The notes beneath the pieces were generated by a model. It did no database searches. It saw only the letters and a list, made by a program, of their open reading frames with translations, and was not told where the DNA came from. Source: an uncultured bacterium (lineage in GTDB: Bacteria; Pseudomonadota; Alphaproteobacteria; MED-G09). Taken from it: 64,000 nucleotides of DNA. Numbering within the stretch: position 1 is the stretch's first letter; each line of letters begins with the position of its first letter. The stretch spans positions 8,205 to 72,204 of the forward strand of contig CAXFAF010000006.1 of NCBI GenBank assembly GCA_964001285.1, given 5' to 3'. This document shows positions 12,264 to 26,833 of this stretch, piece after piece. The translations under genes and the position numbers were made by a program.

Positions 12264-13796
12264 ATGGAAATTCAACCAGCAGAAATATCCACGATATTGA
12301 AAAAAAAGATAAAGGACTTTGGAAAAGATGCTGAAGTCTCTGAGATTGGGCAGGTTCTATCTGTTGGTGATGGAATTGCGAGGGTTTATGGATTAGATAA
12401 TATTGAAGCTGGTGAAATGGTTGATTTTCCTGGTGAGATAAAGGGTATGGCTTTGAATCTAGAAGAAGATAATGTTGGTGTTGTTATTTTTGGGGATGAT
12501 ACCGACATAAAAGAAGGTGATATTGTCAAAAGAACAGGAGCAATTGTAGAAGTTCCTACAGGAAAAGAGTTGCTTGGAAGAGTAGTCGATGCGTTAGGAA
12601 ACCCTATTGATGGAAAAGGACCAATTAAATCCTCTGAAAGTAAGAGAGTGGATGTTAAGGCACCAGGGATTATTCCTAGACAATCAGTTAACGAACCTAT
12701 GCAAACAGGTTTAAAGGCAATAGATTCACTAATTCCTATTGGTAGAGGGCAAAGGGAACTTATTATTGGTGACAGACAAACTGGTAAAACTGCAATTGCA
12801 ATTGATACTATTCTTAATCAAAAAGAAGTAAATAAATCCGATAATGAAAAGGAAAAATTATACTGTATTTATGTTGCAGTTGGACAAAAAAGATCATCAG
12901 TTGCGCAATTAGTAAAAACTTTAGAAGAAAATGGAGCAATGGAATATTCTATAGTAGTTGCAGCTACCGCATCCGAGCCGGCTCCACTCCAATACTTAGC
13001 CCCTTTCACAGGCTGTACTATGGGAGAATATTTTAGAGATAACTCTATGCATGCTCTAGTTGTTTATGATGATCTATCTAAACAAGCAGTTGCCTACAGG
13101 CAAATGTCTCTTTTATTGAGAAGACCTCCAGGTCGCGAAGCTTATCCTGGAGATGTTTTTTATTTGCATTCAAGACTCTTAGAAAGAGCTGCAAAACTTA
13201 ACGAGGAAAATGGTGGCGGTTCATTAACAGCACTTCCTATTATAGAAACACAAGCTAATGATTTATCTGCCTATATCCCAACAAATGTTATTTCAATTAC
13301 AGATGGGCAGATTTTCCTAGAAACAGATTTATTTTTTCAAGGGGTTCGACCAGCTGTAAATGTTGGTCTTTCGGTTTCAAGGGTTGGCTCTTCAGCTCAG
13401 ATAAAAGCTATGAAACAAGTGGCTGGTTCAATTAAAGGTGAACTTGCACAATATCGCGAAATGGCAGCATTTGCTCAATTTGGTTCAGATCTTGACGCTT
13501 CTACTCAAAAACTTTTAGCCAGAGGTGAAAGGTTAACTGAACTTTTAAAACAAAAACAGTTTTCACCAATTTCAACAAACGAACAAGTTGTTCTTTTGTA
13601 TGCAGGAGTTAATGGATATATGGATAATATCGAAGTTAATGAAATTGGAAAATATGAAGAAGATCTTTTAGATTTTGTAAGAGAAAATTATTCTCAAATA
13701 CTTGAAAATATAACATCTACAAAAACCCTTGATGAGGATACTGAAGGAGTTCTAAAAGGGGCGGTAGAAGAGTTTACAACAAATTTTAATGGATAA
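12264..13796 (+). CDS. atpA: F1 ATP synthase alpha subunit
   Basis: P-loop [15 protein letters not shown] and full-length alpha-subunit homology. Confidence 0.97.
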   Translation: MEIQPAEISTILKKKIKDFGKDAEVSEIGQVLSVGDGIARVYGLDNIEAGEMVDFPGEIKGMALNLEEDNVGVVIFGDDTDIKEGDIVKRTGAIVEVPTGKELLGRVVDALGNPIDGKGPIKSSESKRVDVKAPGIIPRQSVNEPMQTGLKAIDSLIPIGRGQRELIIGDRQTGKTAIAIDTILNQKEVNKSDNEKEKLYCIYVAVGQKRSSVAQLVKTLEENGAMEYSIVVAATASEPAPLQYLAPFTGCTMGEYFRDNSMHALVVYDDLSKQAVAYRQMSLLLRRPPGREAYPGDVFYLHSRLLERAAKLNEENGGGSLTALPIIETQANDLSAYIPTNVISITDGQIFLETDLFFQGVRPAVNVGLSVSRVGSSAQIKAMKQVAGSIKGELAQYREMAAFAQFGSDLDASTQKLLARGERLTELLKQKQFSPISTNEQVVLLYAGVNGYMDNIEVNEIGKYEEDLLDFVRENYSQILENITSTKTLDEDTEGVLKGAVEEFTTNFNG

Positions 13797-13811
13797 AACT
13801 GAGAGAATATT

Positions 13812-14693
13812 TTGGCAAGCTTAAAAGAATTAAGAAATAGAATATCAAGCGTTACTTCTACTCAGAAGATAACAAGAGCTATGCAAATGGTTGCAGCATC
13901 AAAATTAAGAAAAGCTCAAGAAAATGCAGAAGTAGCAAGACCGTATTCAGATAAATTATCTGACATTCTTAAAAACTTATCAAAATCCTTTTCAGGACAG
14001 GATAATGCCCCGGAACTTTTAGTTGGAAATGGAAACGATCAGAAATATTTATTTATTATTGCAACTTCCGAAAGAGGATTATGTGGAGGTTTTAATGCAT
14101 CAATAGTTAAAAAGGCCAAGGAGAATATTTTACAATTAAAATCCGAAGGAAAAGAAGTAAAATTGATAATTATAGGGAAAAAGGGCAGGGAGTTGCTTTA
14201 TAGAGAATTTAAGGATGATATTCTTGAAATTTATGATTTTTCAGAAGTTAAAGATATTGGATTCTATGAGGCTGAAAAGATTTCAATTAAGGTATTAGAG
14301 CTTTTTTCCGAAAAAGCATTTGATATATGTAAATTATATTTTGCACGATTTGAATCTGTTTTAAGTCAGGTTCCAATTTCTCAGAAGTTAATACCTTTTG
14401 ATATTGAGGATGACGAATCTGATGATGAAGAAGTAAATATTTGTTATGAGTACGAACCTGATGAGGAAGATATTTTAAAAGAATTACTTCCAAAGAACTT
14501 ATCGGTACAAATATTAAGGGCATTACTCGAAAATGTTGCAAGTGAATTTGGAGCAAGACTTACTGCTATGGATAATGCCACTAGAAATGCTTCAGAGATG
14601 ATAGATGATTTGACTATTACTTATAATAGATCTCGTCAGGCATCTATAACATCAGAATTGATAGAAATTATTTCAGGTGCTGAAGCGCTTTAG
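13812..14693 (+). CDS. atpG: F1 ATP synthase gamma subunit
   Basis: The N-terminus MASLKELRNRISSVTSTQKITRAMQMVAASKLRKAQ is canonical gamma. Confidence 0.95.
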   Translation: MASLKELRNRISSVTSTQKITRAMQMVAASKLRKAQENAEVARPYSDKLSDILKNLSKSFSGQDNAPELLVGNGNDQKYLFIIATSERGLCGGFNASIVKKAKENILQLKSEGKEVKLIIIGKKGRELLYREFKDDILEIYDFSEVKDIGFYEAEKISIKVLELFSEKAFDICKLYFARFESVLSQVPISQKLIPFDIEDDESDDEEVNICYEYEPDEEDILKELLPKNLSVQILRALLENVASEFGARLTAMDNATRNASEMIDDLTITYNRSRQASITSELIEIISGAEAL

Positions 14694-14710
14694 TTTTTTT
14701 AAGAGGATAA

Positions 14711-16135
<1,425 letters not shown>

Positions 16136-16137
16136 GG

Positions 16138-16527
16138 ATGACTTCTAAATTAAATTTTGAATTTGTATCACCAATGTCCTCAGTATTTTCTGGAGAGGTC
16201 GATAGTATTTTATTGCCAGCTAAAGAAGGTGATGCAGAAATTTTACCGGAACATGCCCCATTTATGACTGCTCTAAGAGTTGGTATTGTTGAAATAAAAA
16301 TCGATAATTCAGAAAATATGAGTTTTTTAATTGATGGAGGTTTTGCGGATGTTGCCTTTAATCAAGTTACATTGTTAGCCGAAAGATCCTTTAATTTAAA
16401 AGATTCATCTAAAGAAGAATTTGAAGAGGCAATTAATGATGTTAATAAACAACTGGAAGATACCGAAAATAATTCTGAGAAAGAATCTTTATTATTAAAA
16501 AAACAAATCCTCGAATCTAATAGTTAG
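16138..16527 (+). CDS. atpC: F1 ATP synthase epsilon subunit
   Basis: 129 aa, last gene of the F1 operon, with an epsilon N-terminal beta-sandwich signature. Confidence 0.88.
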   Translation: MTSKLNFEFVSPMSSVFSGEVDSILLPAKEGDAEILPEHAPFMTALRVGIVEIKIDNSENMSFLIDGGFADVAFNQVTLLAERSFNLKDSSKEEFEEAINDVNKQLEDTENNSEKESLLLKKQILESNS

Positions 16528-17020
16528 TTAACTTTTCTTTAATTGGTGAGAATTCTTTAACCAATTGTAAATATAAATTCTTCTTAAAGTCTACAACTAG
16601 ATTTGGCATTTCTTCTATGTCTCTCCAAGCCCACTCATCAAATTCTGCAACATATTTATTTAAATTGAAGTCACTATCTTTTCCTTTAAAAAGCATAAGA
16701 AACCATTTTTGTTTTTGTCCTTTATATTTTCCACCTAAGGCTTTTCCAATTAATTCATCAGGCAAATCATATTGAAGCCAATCATCAAGGCACATTATTA
16801 TTTTAGCGTTCTTACTTCCAGTTTCTTCCTCTAATTCTCTAAATGCTGCTTCTTCAGCAGTTTCACCTTGATCAATTCCTCCCTGAGGCATTTGCCAGAG
16901 ATTTTTTTCGTTTGGCCTTACTCCAATACCAATCTTTCTTTTTCCAGTCCAAATTTTTCCATCTTCTTTAGCAAGAATAATTCCAACAGCCTGTCTTAAA
17001 TCCAAGATTTTATCTTTCAT
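16517..17020 (-). CDS. rppH: NUDIX hydrolase, RNA pyrophosphohydrolase-like
   Basis: Nudix box GGIDQGETAEEAAFRELEEETG. About 165 aa, as in alphaproteobacterial RppH. Converges on atpC with an 11-nt overlap. Confidence 0.82.
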   Translation of the reverse strand: MKDKILDLRQAVGIILAKEDGKIWTGKRKIGIGVRPNEKNLWQMPQGGIDQGETAEEAAFRELEEETGSKNAKIIMCLDDWLQYDLPDELIGKALGGKYKGQKQKWFLMLFKGKDSDFNLNKYVAEFDEWAWRDIEEMPNLVVDFKKNLYLQLVKEFSPIKEKLTNY

Positions 17021-17034
17021 TTTGTACTCATTAA

Positions 17035-18354
17035 TTATGATATTTGTATTTGGAGCAATAAGTTTTCAAGTATTTTAATGGCTAAATTTAATTGAGTATC
17101 CTTTTCTTCATTTTCAGGAATATATGCCGATGAGCCTGATTCAGAATCTTCTTTCCCACTATTTTTTATAAATTTATTAAGTTGAGTCTCACCAACTTTA
17201 TATTTTTCAGGATCATTATTTTCATCTGATTTTTGTTCAATTATAAAATCTGGAATTATACCCTCTGCCTGAATTGAACGGCCAGAAGGAGTATAATATT
17301 CTGCTGTTGTTAATTTAATTGCACCAAGGTTCTTAGAATTTGGAAAAAAAATATTATTTTTATTTAAGGGATATAAAGTCTGCACTGATCCTTTGCCAAA
17401 AGTTCTTGTACCTATAATAATGGCTCTATTATTATCTTGTAATGCGCCGGCAACAATTTCAGAGGCTGACGCGGAACCTCCATTTACTATAATTATCAAA
17501 GGTTTGCCATTTGTTATATCGCCTGGTTTAGCATTAAAGGATCTTATCTTTTCTTTAAACCTAGGTCTCTTTGTTGAGACAATTTCACCTTCTTCTAAGA
17601 ACATATTAGTAACTTCAATAGCTTGTTTTAGAAGGCCTCCAGGGTTCCTTCTCAAGTCAAGTATGTAGCCTTTTATATTTTTTTCATTACTATTTTCAAT
17701 AACATATAATTCTTTAAAAAGTTTTTCAGAGGTTTTTTCATTAAAGGTAGAGATTCTTATATAACCGATAGATTTATTGTGGCCCTCAATTTGCATTCTT
17801 ACCCCTGGAATTTGAATAATGTCCCTTATAATTTTAAGATCAAATGCACTATCATTTTTTTCTCTTACTACCGTTATAGTAATTTCTGTCTTAGGTTCTC
17901 CTCGCATTAGATCTACAGCATCACTTAAGCTTTTACCAAGTATTGGTTCGCTGTTGATATGCGTAATGTAATCTCCTTCAACCATACCGGCTTTTAGAGC
18001 GGGACTATCATCTATGGGACTTATGACTTTTATTATCCCATTTTCCATTGTTACCTCTATTCCTAAACCACCGAATTGTCCGCTAGTATTGTTTTGTAAA
18101 TTTTCAAATTCTTTAGGAGGTAGATAAACTGAATGTGGGTCTAAGGATTGAAGTATACCATTAATGGCAGATTCCATAAGTTCATTTTGATTAGTTAAAT
18201 CTATATATTCTTTATCAACTAAAGTTATAACTTTTTCTAATAAATCAAGATTTTCATCTTCAAGAGTTTTGCTTAATGCAAAATTTTCAAAGTTAAATAG
18301 TAATAATAAAAATAAACTACTACTGAGACCTATATTTTTTTTCCGGATTATCAT
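17035..18354 (-). CDS. ctpA: Carboxyl-terminal processing protease (S41 family, PDZ domain)
   Basis: Signal/TM N-terminus, PDZ (GGLGIEV) and a catalytic Ser region IIIVNGGSASASEIVAGALQD. Confidence 0.9.
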   Translation of the reverse strand: MIIRKKNIGLSSSLFLLLLFNFENFALSKTLEDENLDLLEKVITLVDKEYIDLTNQNELMESAINGILQSLDPHSVYLPPKEFENLQNNTSGQFGGLGIEVTMENGIIKVISPIDDSPALKAGMVEGDYITHINSEPILGKSLSDAVDLMRGEPKTEITITVVREKNDSAFDLKIIRDIIQIPGVRMQIEGHNKSIGYIRISTFNEKTSEKLFKELYVIENSNEKNIKGYILDLRRNPGGLLKQAIEVTNMFLEEGEIVSTKRPRFKEKIRSFNAKPGDITNGKPLIIIVNGGSASASEIVAGALQDNNRAIIIGTRTFGKGSVQTLYPLNKNNIFFPNSKNLGAIKLTTAEYYTPSGRSIQAEGIIPDFIIEQKSDENNDPEKYKVGETQLNKFIKNSGKEDSESGSSAYIPENEEKDTQLNLAIKILENLLLQIQIS

Positions 18355-18824
18355 TTGTGGTATGGGTGCTTATTAATAATAGTTATAGACCTATATATTT
18401 GTTCTAATAACATTATCTTAAACATCTTATGTGGCCATGTTAAGTCTCCAAATGATATAATTTTATCAAAATCTTTATGATACTCTTCCTTTAAACCATT
18501 CGAGCCTCCAATGAAGAAATTTATGTTTTTATTAATAAGGCTTTGCTCGTAAAATAAATTTGAAAATTTAATGGAATCTATTTTTTTTCCTTTTCTATCT
18601 AGTAGAATGTTTAGAGATTCATTTGTTCTTTGATTGAGTAATTTTATAGATTCTTCTTCTTTGATTTCTCTAATATTTTTTTTATTAGAATTCTTTATTT
18701 CTTTAAAAATTATATCTTTAAGCCCAATGGTTTTTTTGATATTTTTTATTCTCGAGGTATAATCTTGATAAATGCCGTTTAAATTATTCTTGGTATTACC
18801 TATATAAATAATTTTGATTACCAT
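18351..18824 (-). CDS. rlmH: 23S rRNA (pseudouridine1915-N3)-methyltransferase RlmH (SPOUT)
   Basis: 157 aa; size and motifs (GGSNGL...) fit RlmH. Conserved rsfS-rlmH neighbourhood. Confidence 0.85.
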   Translation of the reverse strand: MVIKIIYIGNTKNNLNGIYQDYTSRIKNIKKTIGLKDIIFKEIKNSNKKNIREIKEEESIKLLNQRTNESLNILLDRKGKKIDSIKFSNLFYEQSLINKNINFFIGGSNGLKEEYHKDFDKIISFGDLTWPHKMFKIMLLEQIYRSITIINKHPYHK

Positions 18825-18829
18825 TGAGC

Positions 18830-19162
18830 TTAGCCACTAATATTTATTGATGGTTGCCAGAGTTTTTCAAGGTTATAAAACTCTCTAACTTCTTTCCTAA
18901 AGATATGAATAATTACATCGCCACTATCTATTAATACCCAATCACTTTTATTAATTCCTTCTGCTTTTATTTCTTGAATTCCTTCCTTTTTCAGTTCGCT
19001 TATTAGGTGTTCAGACATCGATCCAACATGTCTATTGGATGTTCCAGTAGCAATTACCAAAAAGTCTGCAATATCCGATTTACCCTTCAGATCGATGGAT
19101 ACAATATCAAGAGCCTTATTGTCTTCGAGTTTTGATAAAATGTATTTTAGATTTTTATCCAT
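18830..19162 (-). CDS. rsfS: Ribosomal silencing factor RsfS (iojap)
   Basis: 110 aa, with DIADFLVIATGTSNRHV, the iojap/RsfS signature. Confidence 0.88.
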   Translation of the reverse strand: MDKNLKYILSKLEDNKALDIVSIDLKGKSDIADFLVIATGTSNRHVGSMSEHLISELKKEGIQEIKAEGINKSDWVLIDSGDVIIHIFRKEVREFYNLEKLWQPSINISG

Positions 19163-19751
19163 CTTTCAATTCTCTAATTTGGGTAGATGATATATCGCTC
19201 ATGGGACCGGGAATGAATGTAATAGCAGGAGGTATTGCGTTTATAAAAGTCAATTGATCACCTTCTTCAATTTTCTTAGCTTTTTCTTTAATAATATCTA
19301 ATTTCTTAGAACCAATTTTAAAGGAAGGTCTTGGATAAATTGCTACAGGAATCAGATTAAGAAATGTTTCCCATTCCTTCCATTGTGAAATTTCTGCGGC
19401 ACAATCAGAGCCCATAATCCATACAAATTTTGTTTCAGGGTATATATTTTTAACCTTGGAAACGGTTTCAACAGAATATTTAATATTATTTTTCTTTTCA
19501 AAATCACTGACAAAGAAATACTCTGATTTAGCTTGTTTTTGTGCGCTTGCAAATCTTTCTTCAAATTTCATCAAGTCTTTTGAATCTTTTAAAGGGTTTT
19601 GTGATGACACCAACCATATAATTTTATCAAGATTTAATTCTTTTAAAGCATTATTTGAGACTTGAAAATGCCACTCATGCGCTGGGTTAAAAGAGCCACC
19701 AAATAAACCAATCTTAGAGCCAGGAGTTATGGGTAAAGTATTATTTTTCAC
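19155..19751 (-). CDS. nadD: Nicotinate-nucleotide adenylyltransferase
   Basis: GLFGGSFNPAHEWH, the (H/T)xGH nucleotidyltransferase motif. Confidence 0.9.
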   Translation of the reverse strand: MKNNTLPITPGSKIGLFGGSFNPAHEWHFQVSNNALKELNLDKIIWLVSSQNPLKDSKDLMKFEERFASAQKQAKSEYFFVSDFEKKNNIKYSVETVSKVKNIYPETKFVWIMGSDCAAEISQWKEWETFLNLIPVAIYPRPSFKIGSKKLDIIKEKAKKIEEGDQLTFINAIPPAITFIPGPMSDISSTQIRELKDG

Positions 19752-19765
19752 TGAAATATCTTCAT

Positions 19766-21030
19766 TTAGGGTCTTGTTTGTCCATTGCCACGAACAACAT
19801 ACTTGAAACTAGTTAATTGCTCTACTCCTACTGGACCTCTTGCATGAAACCTTCCTGTTGCTATTCCTATTTCTGCACCCATACCAAATTCTCCTCCATC
19901 AGCAAACTGTGTTGAAGCATTATGCATTACAATTGCACTATCAATTTCACGCATAAATTTTTCAGCAGTTTCTTTATCTTCAGTAATGATTGAATCAGTA
20001 TGATTAGTGGAATATTTATTGATATGAGATATAGCTCCTTCAACGCCATCTACAATTTTTACGCTAATAATTGAGTCAAGATATTCAGTCGACCAATCAT
20101 CTTCTTTGGTAGGAATTAAATTATTAACTAGACTAAGAGATTCTTTGCATCCTCTGACTTCACAGCCTGTTTTCCGTAATGCTTCAGTTAGTTGGATAAC
20201 TATGTTTTTGTCAGCTTTTTTATCTATTAAAAGTGTTTCTGCCGCTCCACATATTCCCGGTCTTCTCATCTTAGCATTGACCACAATTTCCTCTGCTTTT
20301 TTAAAGTCTGCTTGTTCATCAACATATAAATGACATATACCTTCAAGATGACCAAAAACAGGAATTTTTGCTTCATTCTGAACCCTTTCTACAAGACTTT
20401 TTCCGCCCCTTGGCACTATTACATCAATGTTGCCATCCAACCCTTCCAAAAGATATCCAACAGCATCTCGATCAATTGTAGGAATAATCTGTATTGCAGT
20501 TTTAGGGAGTTTTGACATTTCTAATCCTTTTGATAAACAATCATGAATTGCTAGTGAAGAATAGAAACTTTCTGAACCGCCCCTTAAAATTACTGCATTA
20601 CCAGCCTTAAGGCATAAAGCTCCAGCATCTGCAGTTACATTGGGTCTGCTTTCATAAATTACACCAATAACACCAAGAGGCGTCCTCACTCTGGATATAT
20701 CAAGTCCATTAGGCCTTTGCCATCTGGCCATTTCCTCTCCCACTGGATCAGCTAATTCTACAATTGATTTAAGTCCATCACTTATTGCAGAAATTCTTTT
20801 TTGATCTAATAAAAGTCTATCCAAAAAGGCATCGGATATGCCTTTATTTTTTGCATTTTCCATGTCTTTGGAATTAGCTTCTAAGATCTTGTCAGAATCT
20901 TTTTCAATCAAATTTGCCATATTCAAAAGTGATTCATTTTTAATCTCTTTCGAGGCCATTGAAAGAATTTGTGATGCGCTTTTTGCGTTTTTGCCAATTT
21001 TTATTATTTCTGTTTTAATATCTTTACTCA

Positions 21031-21031
<1 letters not shown>
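19766..21031 (-). CDS. proA: Gamma-glutamyl phosphate reductase
   Basis: 421 aa aldehyde-dehydrogenase-fold protein with ProA-specific regions ([19 protein letters not shown] and a catalytic Cys region). Confidence 0.93.
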
Positions 21032-23490
<2,459 letters not shown>

Positions 23491-23493
23491 TTT

Positions 23494-24015
23494 TTACTCC
23501 TTTGAACCCTTAGCAGTGCTTTTAGCTTTTGATTTGCTCTTTGTAGCAGTTTTTTTTGTTTTGTCTTCTACTTTTTTTGATTTAGCAGCAGTTTTTTTTG
23601 TTTCGGTTTTTTTCTTTGCAGTTTTAGTTTTACCTTTTGTTGTTGAAGACTTTTTAGTTTCTTCATCCTCTTTACTTTTCTTTGTTGAAGATGCTTTTTT
23701 CTCAGCAGAATTTATTTTAAGTATTTTTAGGTTTGTTATTAACTGTTTATGACCTTTTTTGCGTCTATAATTATGCCTTCTTTTTTTCTTAAAAACAGTA
23801 ATCTTAGAAGATCTTGTTTGCTCAATTATTTCTGCATCTACACTGGCACCCTTAATTAAAGGATTACCGACTAAAGGTTTACCTTTATCTGAAATAATTA
23901 AAACTTCATTCAGTTTAATTTTTTTTCCGGCATCTTCAGATAACTTTTCAACAGAAATGATATCATCTTTTGAGACCTTATATTGTTTTCCACCAGTTTT
24001 TATAACAGCGTACAT
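23494..24015 (-). CDS. rplU: 50S ribosomal protein L21 with a ~70-aa Lys/Thr/Ser-rich C-terminal tail
   Basis: MYAVIKTGGKQYKV is the L21 N-terminus. After about 103 aa the protein continues as low-complexity KK/T/S-rich sequence to 173 aa. Confidence 0.92.
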   Translation of the reverse strand: MYAVIKTGGKQYKVSKDDIISVEKLSEDAGKKIKLNEVLIISDKGKPLVGNPLIKGASVDAEIIEQTRSSKITVFKKKRRHNYRRKKGHKQLITNLKILKINSAEKKASSTKKSKEDEETKKSSTTKGKTKTAKKKTETKKTAAKSKKVEDKTKKTATKSKSKAKSTAKGSKE

Positions 24016-24107
24016 TTTAAACCCACTTTATTTCAATATTTTCTGTGTGGCGCGACTATAACCCTGATGAAATATGTGTCAAGTTTTATGATTCCAAAAA
24101 CATTACT

Positions 24108-25361
24108 TTATGTAGTATTTTTTGGGTTTTTTAAAAAAACTAAGGGTAAGAGACAAATTACTGATGTAATTAAATATATATTATTGACTGTAATATTTAA
24201 AACTCCATCAAAAATTCCAACCATTGTTTCTCCTCCAATTCTTGATATATGTCTAGCACTCATAAAAATAGCAAATAGAGAAGCTGCTGAGGCCGAAATT
24301 GATAATCTCATACATAATGAGAGCACTGCAGTCATTCCAAAAGAACTCAAGAATGAAAAAGCAAGTAATATACTTATTCCAAGAAATTCACTTTTTAGAA
24401 TGTTGGTATAAATTCCTATTATTAAGCACAATATCGCTAAACCAATTTGTGAAAATCTAATTATTGCTTGTGGATTAATTTTATCTGATAAATAGCCGCC
24501 AATCAAAGCAGCAATAACACCACCATATAAAGCTGCTGATCTAAGTTTGGTTAGATCATAAGATTCCCATTCAGCATAATTTATGTATAAAAAAGAAATG
24601 GAAGAAAAATGAATTCCTGAGGCAAGATTAGAAGTTAAGCAAAATAAAAGTAACAGGAAAATAAATTTATTTGAGATACTACTAACAATAGTGGATAAAA
24701 TTCCTGAAAATTTTAAATTTATAGTTTCATTTCCATCATAATGATAAGAGCCTAATGAAAAAAATTTATCAGATTGTTTTTCTTTGATAAAAAATAAAAG
24801 AATTCCTATTAAAGCAATTGCTATACCTAGATAAAACATTGCTTCGCCCAATCCATAGTTATTTATAATAATGGATGAAAATATTGCTGATATACTAACC
24901 CCTAAGGTTCTGAAGGCCCACATCAATCCATTAACAAAACCTCTCTCGTTTTCATTTAAAATGTCAATAGCCATTCCATCGGTTGCAACATCAAGTATTG
25001 AGGTTGCTAGGATTGTAGAAAATAGTGTTATACCAAGAATTAAAGGATCGATATTTTGACTGGTTAAGAATGCTGCAAAAATTAAAGTCTCACTCATCAT
25101 TAGAGTAGAAATGATTATCCATGGCCTTCTTTTGCCCATCAAGGAATTAGAAAAATAATCAACAAATGGACCTATTAAAAATTTTAAAGACCAAGGAATT
25201 GAGGCTATTGCAGTTATTATAGCAATATCTTTTATAGTAAACCCATTTCCAGCTAACCAATCCAATAAAGCAAAATATATAAGGCCTTGTGGAACGCCCT
25301 GAAGAAAGTATAGTAAACACAAAGAGGTTCGTTTGTATTTTTGACTATTTATAAAAAACAA
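24108..25361 (-). CDS. MFS transporter (AmpG / BT1 folate-biopterin-like architecture)
   Basis: 12-14 predicted TM segments. Conserved N-terminal pattern LYFLQGVPQGL...IPWSLKFLIGPFVDY...GKRRPW resembles AmpG/BT1-type MFS permeases. Family assignment is tentative. Confidence 0.7.
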   Translation of the reverse strand: MFFINSQKYKRTSLCLLYFLQGVPQGLIYFALLDWLAGNGFTIKDIAIITAIASIPWSLKFLIGPFVDYFSNSLMGKRRPWIIISTLMMSETLIFAAFLTSQNIDPLILGITLFSTILATSILDVATDGMAIDILNENERGFVNGLMWAFRTLGVSISAIFSSIIINNYGLGEAMFYLGIAIALIGILLFFIKEKQSDKFFSLGSYHYDGNETINLKFSGILSTIVSSISNKFIFLLLLFCLTSNLASGIHFSSISFLYINYAEWESYDLTKLRSAALYGGVIAALIGGYLSDKINPQAIIRFSQIGLAILCLIIGIYTNILKSEFLGISILLAFSFLSSFGMTAVLSLCMRLSISASAASLFAIFMSARHISRIGGETMVGIFDGVLNITVNNIYLITSVICLLPLVFLKNPKNTT

Positions 25362-25378
25362 GATTTACACCTATAATT

Positions 25379-26101
25379 TTAATTTTCTTGTTCTTCTTGA
25401 TTTTTTACTTTCTGAGTTATTTCTCTTTCAATTCCTAAAGCAAAATCTGAAACATAAGGATTAGTTAACCTTTCTTGACCAAAGGTTGATAAAGGTCCAT
25501 GCCCAGGAATAAATGTCATTTCATCTCCTAATGGCCATAATTCATTAACTATCGAATTTACTAATTGTTCATGATTACCTCTGGGCAAATCTGATCTTCC
25601 TATGGAACCTTGAAAGATAACATCTCCAACTACTGCTAATTGGGCTTTTTCATGAAAGAAGATAATGTGGCCAGGTGTATGCCCAGGACAATGTCTAACA
25701 CCTAATGTTTGATTGCCTATTGTTACTTCATCACCATTTTTTAGATATCTTGTTGTTTCAAAAGATTGGGCCCCCTTTAAACCAAATCTTTCTCCCTGCT
25801 CAGACAGGCTTTCCATTAGAAAAAGGTCTTCTTCATGAGGACCTTCTATAGGAACATTTAACATTTTAGAAAGTTCATTTGCCCCACCTGCATGGTCAAG
25901 ATGAGCATGAGTGATCAAAATTTTTTCAACTGTTATATTATTGTCTTGAACCATCTTAAGAATGTTATCTAAATCTCCACCAGGATCAAAAATAGCTCCT
26001 AATGATGTTTCAACGCACCATACAATTGAACAGTTTTGTTGAAAAGGAGTAACAGGAACAACAACTGCTCTAATTGGTTTTGATTGATTGTTTTCTTCCA
26101 T
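25379..26101 (-). CDS. MBL-fold hydrolase, glyoxalase II / YcbL(GloC)-like
   Basis: THAHLDHAGG (HxHxDH), CPGHTPGH, and downstream GDVIFQGSIGRSDLPRG ... IPGHGP match small hydroxyacylglutathione-hydrolase-like MBL proteins. Confidence 0.8.
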   Translation of the reverse strand: MEENNQSKPIRAVVVPVTPFQQNCSIVWCVETSLGAIFDPGGDLDNILKMVQDNNITVEKILITHAHLDHAGGANELSKMLNVPIEGPHEEDLFLMESLSEQGERFGLKGAQSFETTRYLKNGDEVTIGNQTLGVRHCPGHTPGHIIFFHEKAQLAVVGDVIFQGSIGRSDLPRGNHEQLVNSIVNELWPLGDEMTFIPGHGPLSTFGQERLTNPYVSDFALGIEREITQKVKNQEEQEN

Positions 26102-26104
26102 AAA

Positions 26105-26812
26105 TTAAGAGAAAATTTCCCTAAAAAAATTATCCATTGCCTCAAAAGATCTATCATTAGCGTCTTTGTTAAATGCCATACCGTCTTCAGGTGAGTCAGC
26201 TAATGGATTAGTAAATGCATGGCTTGTACCCCCATAAGCATGAATTTGCCAATCTGCTTTTGCTTTTGTGAGTTCATTAGCTAGCCCATTTACTGCATCG
26301 TGCGGAACCATAGGGTCATCATTGCCATGTAAAACTAAAACTTTAGATGTAATAGTGTTTCCATCCGTATTTCCAGGAGGCGTAAATAAACCATGGAAAG
26401 AAACAACTCCTCCAATATTAGAGCCTGTTCTTGCTAGGTCAAGAACGCATAAACCTCCAAAACAAAATCCTATAGCCCCAGACTTGGACTCATCTATTCC
26501 AACTTTTTCAATAGCTGTTTTATGTGCTAGATTTATTCTTCTTTGAAGAAGCTCTCTATCATCTAGGACTACTTGCATGAGTCCCATATTTTCTTCAGGA
26601 CTTGATCCAACTTTACCTTCTCCATACATATCTACAGCGAAACCAGAATATCCTAATTCATTCATCATCTGAGCTTTTTCTAGAGTAAAATCATCTCTTC
26701 CGGCATATGAGGGTACTACTAGAACCAGCGGGCTGCTATCAGGATTATCTGTTGGGAAAAGAACTCCCTCTAGTCGAACATCATTGTCAAAGTAATCTAC
26801 TTTTTCACTCAT
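26105..26812 (-). CDS. Dienelactone hydrolase family protein
   Basis: Alpha/beta hydrolase with a Cys nucleophile elbow GFCFGG, a His near the C-terminus and a conserved Asp. 235 aa. Confidence 0.8.
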   Translation of the reverse strand: MSEKVDYFDNDVRLEGVLFPTDNPDSSPLVLVVPSYAGRDDFTLEKAQMMNELGYSGFAVDMYGEGKVGSSPEENMGLMQVVLDDRELLQRRINLAHKTAIEKVGIDESKSGAIGFCFGGLCVLDLARTGSNIGGVVSFHGLFTPPGNTDGNTITSKVLVLHGNDDPMVPHDAVNGLANELTKAKADWQIHAYGGTSHAFTNPLADSPEDGMAFNKDANDRSFEAMDNFFREIFS

Positions 26813-26833
26813 AATTTATCTCCTAATTTGTTA

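Noticed and set aside
23983-24411. 142-aa plus-strand ORF overlapping the rplU 5' end, the spacer and the 3' end of the MFS gene
   Set aside because: It overlaps two better-supported minus-strand genes and shows no motifs. It probably arises from a stop-poor AT-rich frame.
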